In this document: positions 1-6,010 of the stretch, piece by piece | How the letters are laid out: every line of letters starts with the position of its first letter | Numbering within the stretch: the stretch's first letter is position 1 | Assembly (NCBI GenBank): GCA_039179045.1 | Contig: JBCDEZ010000045.1 | Coordinates: forward strand, 1 to 10,039 | Reading direction: 5' to 3' | Length of the DNA: 10,039 nt | Origin: Chlamydiota bacterium | GTDB taxonomy: Bacteria > Chlamydiota > Chlamydiia > Chlamydiales > SM23-39 | The notes under the pieces: model-generated | Databases searched by the model: none | The model's input: only the letters and a program-made list of their open reading frames with translations | Told to the model about the DNA's origin: nothing | Made by a program: the position numbers and the translations under genes

Positions 1-1
1 C

Positions 2-326
2 GATAGGATTGGCTGCAGAAAAGCAATGGAAAAAAAAGGAGCAAAGGCGTTGATCCCTCCGAGGAAAAACGCTACATGGAGGCCTGGAATGAAGGAAAGA
101 AATCAAGCCATATGAGAGCGAAGGGGTCCTGGCCTAGATGAGGTGGGCATAAGTCGTTGGGGGAAACGGACGGGATACGCGCGAAGGGCTCTTGTAGAGA
201 CAGCATTCTCTAGGATGAAAGGAATCTATGGTCCCATGTTCTACTCAAGAAAACCAAGCGCTCAAAGAGTAGAAGGTTGCTTAAAAATGCCTGATGATGC
301 ATCAAATGATGCGAACCGAGAGCTAG
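2..326 (+). pseudogene. IS5/IS903-group DDE transposase C-terminal fragment (pseudogene)
   Basis: In-frame TGA at 113-115. Probable +1 A in the A5 run at 283-287; removing it gives LKCLMMHQMMRTES* ending at TAG 324-326, which resembles a normal IS903-type tail. Confidence 0.8.
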
Positions 327-364
327 AAAATCTTCAAGGATAGTCCTGGTTGGTCTGAAAATCT

Positions 365-382
365 GATTTTTTCAACAAGGCC
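365..382 (+). repeat. Right terminal inverted repeat of the IS903-like element
   Basis: GATTTTTTCAACAAGGCC matches the reverse complement of the IS903 IR (GATTTATTCAACAAAGCC, recalled from memory) at 16/18 positions, and lies just downstream of the transposase. Confidence 0.85.
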
Positions 383-395
383 GTATATAGCCTCC

Positions 396-1178
396 TTATG
401 TGGAGCGGGAAGGAGACCTATCTTCCTGTAATTCACAAGCCCCTAGAGCCGAAAACCGATCAAAAATCTTCGAGCAGTATCGCTCTTTCGCGTTTTCAGA
501 AACGTTAGGGAAAAGATCTTGGAGTTTTTTTACTGTTCCATCAACGATAATCGCACGATCTGTGTGAGAAATTCGACTATCTTCTTCTGAAGGCTTCTTC
601 CCCTGAAAGAGCACCACTGTACTTTGTGATGGAAAAGCTTGAGTTTTCCACTGTTCCAGATTGTCGATTGCCTGCTGCAAATCTCGATCACTTAGACGGT
701 AAACAGAAGGGAAAAAAATAGTAGGCGCTCCCAGCGCAATAGAGGCCACTACAAGAGCTAGAGGAGTAGAAACGGGAGCTAATGCAAAATAGATGAGCGC
801 TACCGCGCAAACGTGCACGACAACAACGAGCATAGGATTCCCTCCGGTCTCAAGTTTCATATTTCGGATAACCGCATCGATTTCAATCAACGAATCTTCC
901 TTAGTGTACATATTCAACGGAACTTCCCTATCGAAAGAAGAATCTATCACGAAAGGCTGCATTTGCAAGCCCGTGATGTTTTGGAAGTCGCTGATTCGAG
1001 CATAGACACGCGCTGTCTCCGTACATTCTCTTGGAGGCTTCAAATTCGGTCTAAGCTGATTTACTGCATTCTCTATCTTTTGGGATGCTTCTTCGGATGG
1101 GCAAATATAGAATTTTTTTGTAACATAATCATAGAAAATACCGTTATTCGAAGCAAAACCAATACCATTACTGTTCAT
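396..1178 (-). CDS. Hypothetical membrane protein (~260 aa), Inc-like bilobed hydrophobic domain
   Basis: Long ORF. ATG at 1178 is preceded by GGAG (1190-1193 on the minus strand) and an AT-rich upstream region; the track's TTG at 1205 is less likely. It has a ~44-aa hydrophobic stretch MLVVVVHVCAVALIYFALAPVSTPLALVVASIALGAPTIFFPSV (702-833). No recognisable homolog. Confidence 0.75.
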   Translation of the reverse strand: MNSNGIGFASNNGIFYDYVTKKFYICPSEEASQKIENAVNQLRPNLKPPRECTETARVYARISDFQNITGLQMQPFVIDSSFDREVPLNMYTKEDSLIEIDAVIRNMKLETGGNPMLVVVVHVCAVALIYFALAPVSTPLALVVASIALGAPTIFFPSVYRLSDRDLQQAIDNLEQWKTQAFPSQSTVVLFQGKKPSEEDSRISHTDRAIIVDGTVKKLQDLFPNVSENAKERYCSKIFDRFSALGACELQEDRSPSRST

Positions 1179-1591
1179 TTGCAAAAAAACTCCATATAAA
1201 TTCAATTTATAACTAAATTATATTTTATTTTTCATTTAATTTCCATATTTTTCATAAAAACAAACTCATATGCCTTACTTTCTATAAGTTATTGTTGGAT
1301 AGCCACAGTCCTGACATTTTTTCAGTCACAGGATGAAGCTGCTCTATTTAAGGACACAATAACAGAACCTACAACAGTCCGAGCAAGGCACTTTTCGAGT
1401 AAAAATGCTTTTCATATATGAAAATCCTAGAATCCCGATCTATTCAGAAAAGTAGAAAAAAGGCTTTCCTCCTCTCAAAAGAGGGGAGTCTCTAGGGAAT
1501 CATAGTTTGATTCCTATGGTAGGGCCAATGGATAGGATTGAAAGTGCAGAGAAAAATAGAAAGATCCTTTTCAAAGAGGATGGAATGAGGG

Positions 1592-1815
1592 CTCAAAGTG
1601 CTCTAAATAAAGATCAAGGATCCTTCCCGCAAAACCCAGGAAATGATTGGATCATGCATACCATAAGCTGCCTCAAAAGAACTGCGCTTGTTATGAGCAG
1701 TCTGTCTCACTTCTATGTCGATTATTTCCGGGATCTTGAGCTCTTCGCGCATACCAGCAATTGCAAGCCAAGGTGATCTAAATTCTCTATTTTTCAAATC
1801 TTCTACGGAGAAATT
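1592..1815 (-). pseudogene. IS1634-family transposase N-terminal (DUF4277-like) fragment, multiply frameshifted
   Basis: Joining frames on the minus strand gives VEDLK/IENLDHLGL/IAGMREELKIPEIIDIEVRQTAHNKRSSF/QLMVCMI/FLGFAGRILDLYLEHFE. This resembles the IS1634 N-terminal pattern NLDHLG(I/L)VAG..EL...EIID....GQ....MI.N.LGF..R.L.L...FF. About four frameshifts; no DDE domain follows. Confidence 0.7.
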
Positions 1816-2043
1816 CTTACCTATTCAACACAAAAATCAAAAATGATATTTTTGTTGACGGACAATCGCGATAGCACGCTCTCTTAACAACCTGAATACA
1901 GGTTTTCACATTGTACATACGCAATCGACAAGGATCAGATTACCGTGCCGTATTTTCTACCCACTACGCATTGAGAATTTCAAGCCCACCATTTATTTTT
2001 TCGTTCATTTCTCGTATACCAACGATCTTTGTCAATAGATTTC

Positions 2044-2071
2044 TTGCGAAAAAAATGGTTTTTTTTATACA
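2044..2071 (+). promoter_or_regulatory. Putative sigma66/sigma70 promoter of hsp20
   Basis: TTGCGA (2044-2049), 16 nt, TATACA (2066-2071), ending about 36 nt upstream of the ATG. Consensus resemblance only. Confidence 0.4.
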
Positions 2072-2077
2072 AGGATC

Positions 2078-2106
2078 GTTTTTTATCCATAACTCTGGAG
2101 GCAAAC
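2078..2106 (+). promoter_or_regulatory. Shine-Dalgarno (GGAGG 2097-2101) embedded in an imperfect hairpin; candidate RNA thermometer
   Basis: GTTTTTTATCCA-TAACTC-TGGAGGCAAAC pairs as TCCA/TGGA, bulged A, two U-G wobbles on the SD, one U-C mismatch, then GTTT/AAAC. Confidence 0.45.
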
Positions 2107-2107
2107 T

Positions 2108-2497
2108 ATGAGTCTAACCAAATCTTTTTGGGATTTTCCGTCCCTCATTGATCCTGACCTTTTGAACTATTCTCCGTCCGGTTTGACCGTGTTAGAAGAC
2201 AAGGAAGGTGTGCGCGTGCGATGCCACGTCCCCGATATGAATCCCGACGAGATTTCCATCGAATACGATCAGGGATATTTGAAAATCCATGCGGAAAAAC
2301 AAGAGGAGAAGACCGGGGAAAAGTACTACAGGAAATCGCAAAATGTTTTCTCTTATGCCTTGCATGTTCCAGGAAATATCGACCTAGAAATCGAGCCCAA
2401 AGCTTCGTTGAAAAAAGGTGTGCTCGATATCTTATTTCAAAAGCTTCCCGAACAACCTCGAGGAAAGCCGGTGAAAATTGTTGCAGAAGAAGGGTGA
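2108..2497 (+). CDS. hsp20: Small heat-shock protein, Hsp20/alpha-crystallin family (129 aa)
   Basis: Alpha-crystallin domain pattern: VLEDKEGVRVRCHVPDMNPDEISIEYDQGYLKIHAEK...FSYALHVPGNID...KASLKKGVLDILFQK (A-x-L-x-x-GVL). Strong SD GGAGG 6 nt upstream. Confidence 0.93.
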   Translation: MSLTKSFWDFPSLIDPDLLNYSPSGLTVLEDKEGVRVRCHVPDMNPDEISIEYDQGYLKIHAEKQEEKTGEKYYRKSQNVFSYALHVPGNIDLEIEPKASLKKGVLDILFQKLPEQPRGKPVKIVAEEG

Positions 2498-2536
2498 TCT
2501 TCTCCTATCTACTGTAAGAATTAAGCCTTGTGTTCC

Positions 2537-2580
2537 GCTCTGCTCAGGAGAGCTCTTGAGCAGAGCTCCTTTTCCTCTTT
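2537..2580 (+). terminator. Probable intrinsic terminator after hsp20
   Basis: GCTCTGCTCAGGA-GAGC-TCTTGAGCAGAGC forms a 13-bp stem (10 perfect pairs, one G-U, two more pairs) followed by the pyrimidine/T-rich tail TCCTTTTCCTCTTT. Confidence 0.65.
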
Positions 2581-2599
2581 CCCATTGTGGGAGAATTGC

Positions 2600-2629
2600 T
2601 TGCAATAGAGACTCTTGATCTGTTAGTCT
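2600..2629 (+). promoter_or_regulatory. Putative promoter of the UPF0158 gene (and possibly the E1 gene)
   Basis: TTGCAA (2600-2605), 18 nt, TAGTCT (2624-2629) with an extended -10 TG at 2621-2622. It lies between the terminator and the ATG at 2667. Confidence 0.35.
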
Positions 2630-2666
2630 AACGGGTGAGCAACTAACTTCTTTCCAAATATCATCT

Positions 2667-3785
2667 ATGAAGTATCCCCAAGCAGCCAATCCCCTAATCC
2701 TTAGCTACAATCGCCTTATGGACGCTTTTGCAAAGTCGGACGATGAGCGCGATTTTTATCTCGATCGGGTAGAGGGTTTTCTCCTCTACGTCGATCTCGA
2801 AAAGCCCGAAGAAGATCTTTTCCCTCTCTTCGAGGAGCTTGAAGAGCACAAAGATCGGTATGTCCCGATCCCCAAGATGACTTTCTATGAGATCAAGAAA
2901 ATCATGGAGGGCTTCGTAAACGAAAAAGTCTACGATATTGATATCAAAGAGAAATTGATCGATATCATCGGGGCAAAAGAGGCGCGTGAAAATTTTCTTG
3001 AGTTCATCTACGATCATCTCACAGAACTCGAAAAGTGGCAGCTCTTCTACCAAGAGCGCTCTCGGATTTACATCATCGAGTGGCTCCGTTCCGAAGAGAT
3101 CCATTTTGTATTTGAAGAAGATTTGGACAGTATTCCCAAGCAGGTGATTGAGAAACTCAAGCGCACGCTTTTTGATAAGAGAGCTCCGAAAGATGTGCTG
3201 AGCGCTCGGGAGCTTTTGGAGCAAAAAGCCAAAACATACTATTCCAATGAGGCACTAAACCCAAGACCCAAAAGGGGGCGCCCTCCCAAGCAGTCTGCTA
3301 AGGTAGAAATTGAGCCGCAGCTTACAATCGATATCTACACCAAAGTACCCCCAAGGGCGCGGCATGCTCTTTACGTTCCCGATCTGCGCGGATCAACTGT
3401 CACCTTTTCCGCCAAATTCGACTCTGAAGAGAAGCTCCTTGCCAGCTTGCGCGGTTCTGCCAAGTTCAAAGTCAATAAGGATCTCGAAGATCTCTCAAAG
3501 CGGCTTGATGACTTGCGTCTGCTATCCAACAAATTTTCCGATGCGGAGAAAAAACTCTTCAAACAGGGGAAAAAGCCTCTTCCCCCCTTCTTGCAGCCCA
3601 AATTCAAAAAAGAAGCCACCCTTGCAAAGCCTGATATTCAAGAAGAGAAGGTGGGATCTGCTTTGGAAGAGGTTCTTCCCAAGAAAAAGACACGCATGAA
3701 AAAGGAAGAAGAGGGGACCTACATGAAAAAAAGCCGCAAAAAATTTGGGATCAAAAAAGTGGCCCAAATCAAGAACAAGAAGTAG
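2667..3785 (+). CDS. UPF0158 family protein, chlamydial CT429-like (372 aa), with AT-hook-like motif and Lys-rich C-terminus
   Basis: The N-terminus NPLILSYNRLMDAFAKSDDERDFYLDRVEGFLLYVDL...IPKMTFYEIKKIMEGFVNEKVYDID...EKWQLFYQERSRIYIIEWL is recognisable as the conserved chlamydial UPF0158 protein. Contains EALNPRPKRGRPPKQ. Confidence 0.88.
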   Translation: MKYPQAANPLILSYNRLMDAFAKSDDERDFYLDRVEGFLLYVDLEKPEEDLFPLFEELEEHKDRYVPIPKMTFYEIKKIMEGFVNEKVYDIDIKEKLIDIIGAKEARENFLEFIYDHLTELEKWQLFYQERSRIYIIEWLRSEEIHFVFEEDLDSIPKQVIEKLKRTLFDKRAPKDVLSARELLEQKAKTYYSNEALNPRPKRGRPPKQSAKVEIEPQLTIDIYTKVPPRARHALYVPDLRGSTVTFSAKFDSEEKLLASLRGSAKFKVNKDLEDLSKRLDDLRLLSNKFSDAEKKLFKQGKKPLPPFLQPKFKKEATLAKPDIQEEKVGSALEEVLPKKKTRMKKEEEGTYMKKSRKKFGIKKVAQIKNKK

Positions 3786-3795
3786 GGCCTTTCGC

Positions 3796-5838
3796 ATGCC
3801 CTCTTCTCTTTTATCTCCTGCCGATTCTTTGGATTCTTGTTTTTCCCCCTCGTTTATTCGGGATTGTTTCTCTTCGGTGATGCTCGCTCGTCTTGCTAAT
3901 GAGAAAATGGGTAAGCTCGTATTGCAAAATAAGGGAAGCTCTTTCCTTTTGGATACGAAAGGGCATGAGCTGATCGGTACGCTTGCTGCCAAGTTCCTGA
4001 TTCCGGGAAAAGACTGGGCCTTTCCCTACTACCGAGACCGCAGCTTTGTCCTATCTTTAGGCTGTTCGTTAGAAGAGATTTTTGCCTCTTTCCTGGCAAA
4101 AAAAAGTCATTCTCACTCTTCAGGTAGGATGATGCCCGACCACTATTCAGATTTGCGTTTGCGCATTCCCGTGCAGTCGAGTGTGGTGGGCTCACAGTTC
4201 CTGCAAGCAGTGGGTATGGCACAAGCCATTCTTTTTGAAGGGCGCAAAGAAATTGTTTACGTATCTTCGGGGGAGGGGGGAACTTCCCAAGGAGACTTTC
4301 ACGAAGCGCTCAATTACGCAGCTTTGCACGCTTTACCCCTTGTGTTCGTAATACAGGATAATGGGTGGGCGATCTCGGTTACCTCGGAAGAACAGACAAC
4401 GGGAGGCTGCATCGGAGCGATCGCTTCGGGATATCCCGGAGTTGCATCCATCGTAGTCGATGGTACGAATTACCCTGATACCATCGAGGGGTTGCATCGC
4501 GCAACTAGAAGAGCGCGCTGCTTAGAGGGTCCCACTGTTTTGGTTGCGAAAATCCCTCGGATCGGTCCCCACTCGAGCTCGGATGATCCCCAAAAATACA
4601 AGACAGAACAAGATCTGCAAGAGGACCAAGCGCGTGATCCCGTAGCTCTTTTTCGGAGCTGGATACAAACTGAGGGGATTGCTTCTGGCCGCGAGCTTGA
4701 AGAGATCGAAAGAAAGGCGCACGATCTGGTAGAAACAGCCGCAAGCCAAGCAGAGGCGCTCTCTGAGCCAGATGTACACACTGTCGGAGCGCACCTTTTT
4801 TCTCCGTATACTCCCCCTGCCTCCTCGTCCTCCCTCAGCGAAGGAGAGCCGATTGTCATGGTGGACGCTATCCGCGAAGGGCTTGTCGAGGAGATGGAAA
4901 AAGATTCCTCAATTGTCCTCTTCGGACAGGACGTAGCTGGAGGCAAGGGAGGGGTGTTTGGTGTCACCCGTGACATGACAAAGCGGTTTGGTAAAGAGCG
5001 GTGTTTCAATACGCCCCTCGCCGAGTCGACCATCGTGGGGCTCGCGATTGGGATGGGTTTGAGTGGAGCGTTTCGCCCCGTTGCGGAGATCCAGTTTTGC
5101 GATTATTCTTGGACCGCTATGAATCAGATCATGAACGAGCTTGCAAGCATTCACTACCGCTCTGCGGGCGTTTGGAGCGCTCCTGTAACTATTCGCATGC
5201 CCTACGGAGCTTACATCCAAGGGGGGCCTTACCACTCGCAGAGGGTGGAGGCATTTTTTGCGCATTGCCCCGGGCTAAAAGTGGTTTTGCCTAGCAACGC
5301 TGCTGATGCTAAGAGGTTGATCAAGACAGCGGTATCTGATCCCAATCCGGTGATTTTTCTCGAGCACAAAGCGTTGTATCGCCAGCGTGCTTTTGCTGCA
5401 AGACCCGAGCCTGGGAAAGAGGAGTACCTCCCCTTCGGCAAAGCGGCCTGTGTCAAAAGCGGAACAGACATCAGCGTGATCACGTACGGCATGATGACGA
5501 TGTTTGCAGAAGAGGTCGCCAAAACTCTCGAAAAAGAGGGGATTTCTATCGAAGTGATCGATCTGCGTACGCTTGTTCCCTTGGACCAAGAGACGATCTC
5601 TTCTTCGGTACGCAAAACCGGCAAAGTGTGCCTATTGCAAGAGGCTTCTCTTTTTTTAGGTATTGGAGCCGAGATCGCAGCGCAGATTGCGGAGCGCGAC
5701 TTTTCCTACCTTGATGCCCCCATCTGTAGGATTGGAGCTGAAGGTTTGCCGGTTCCGTATGCAAAATCTTTGGAAAGAGCTGTTTTGCCGAGCAAAGAGT
5801 CTATCGAGCAAAAACTGCGCGATCTCTACCGCTATTAA
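3796..5838 (+). CDS. pdhA/B: Fused 2-oxoacid (probably branched-chain/2-oxoisovalerate) dehydrogenase E1 alpha+beta, TPP-dependent (680 aa)
   Basis: Alpha domain: PYYRD, TPP motif GEGGTSQGDFHEALN...VIQDNGWAIS, RIGPHSSSDD. Beta domain: LFGQDVAGGKGGVFGVT, FNTPLAESTIVG, VAEIQFCDY, GGPYHSQ, EVIDLRTLVPLD. ATG at 3796 is preferred over the overlapping TTG at 3745. The fusion is typical of Chlamydiae (CT340-like). Confidence 0.93.
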   Translation: MPSSLLSPADSLDSCFSPSFIRDCFSSVMLARLANEKMGKLVLQNKGSSFLLDTKGHELIGTLAAKFLIPGKDWAFPYYRDRSFVLSLGCSLEEIFASFLAKKSHSHSSGRMMPDHYSDLRLRIPVQSSVVGSQFLQAVGMAQAILFEGRKEIVYVSSGEGGTSQGDFHEALNYAALHALPLVFVIQDNGWAISVTSEEQTTGGCIGAIASGYPGVASIVVDGTNYPDTIEGLHRATRRARCLEGPTVLVAKIPRIGPHSSSDDPQKYKTEQDLQEDQARDPVALFRSWIQTEGIASGRELEEIERKAHDLVETAASQAEALSEPDVHTVGAHLFSPYTPPASSSSLSEGEPIVMVDAIREGLVEEMEKDSSIVLFGQDVAGGKGGVFGVTRDMTKRFGKERCFNTPLAESTIVGLAIGMGLSGAFRPVAEIQFCDYSWTAMNQIMNELASIHYRSAGVWSAPVTIRMPYGAYIQGGPYHSQRVEAFFAHCPGLKVVLPSNAADAKRLIKTAVSDPNPVIFLEHKALYRQRAFAARPEPGKEEYLPFGKAACVKSGTDISVITYGMMTMFAEEVAKTLEKEGISIEVIDLRTLVPLDQETISSSVRKTGKVCLLQEASLFLGIGAEIAAQIAERDFSYLDAPICRIGAEGLPVPYAKSLERAVLPSKESIEQKLRDLYRY

Positions 5839-6010
5839 CCCATCTTTCTCTTTTTTGATCATATCCTGTTTGTCCTCTGAGAGAAGTACAATGGGTGTGG
5901 GAGCTCCATTGGTACACCTGGGTAAGGGGCTGAAGCACGGAGAGCTTTTCCGCTTAATCTCTAAATGTGGTATGAATAAAGAGAAATAGCGAGTTTTTTG
6001 TCTCAAAACT

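Larger units (their letters stand above)
1..382 (+). mobile_element. IS5-family (IS903 group) insertion sequence, 3' part, degraded; continues off the left edge
   Basis: Frame 2 reads DRIGCRKAMEKKGAKALIPPRKNATW...RNQAI*...RWGKRTGYARRALVETAFSRMKGIYGPMFYSRKPSAQRVE. This matches the IS903-type C-terminal motifs (IPPRKNA; W-x3-GY-x-RR-x-L-x-ET-x3-R-x-K). The element ends in an IS903-like terminal IR at 365-382. Confidence 0.9.

Noticed and set aside
113..115. TGA recoding (genetic code 4 or selenocysteine)
   Set aside because: hsp20 and ftsK end in TGA at their expected C-termini, and no core gene has an internal TGA.
1507..1776. 89-aa + strand ORF (and the 64-aa minus ORF 1603-1797) as real genes
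   Set aside because: The first is antisense to, and the second a single-frame slice of, the IS1634 fragment.
1855..1900. TAGCAC half-site and TTGACG upstream of hsp20 as a CIRCE or promoter
   Set aside because: No matching right half at the required spacing and no -10 box 16-18 nt after TTGACG.
3796..5838. E1 alpha/beta fusion without adjacent E2/E3 as a novelty
   Set aside because: This is the known, normal arrangement in Chlamydiae.
5886..5955. tRNA- or ncRNA-like sequence between E1 and ftsK (GGGTGTGGGAGCTCCATTGGTA..., small hairpins)
   Set aside because: No T-loop (GTTCRA), acceptor pairing or cloverleaf; the hairpins are short and imperfect.
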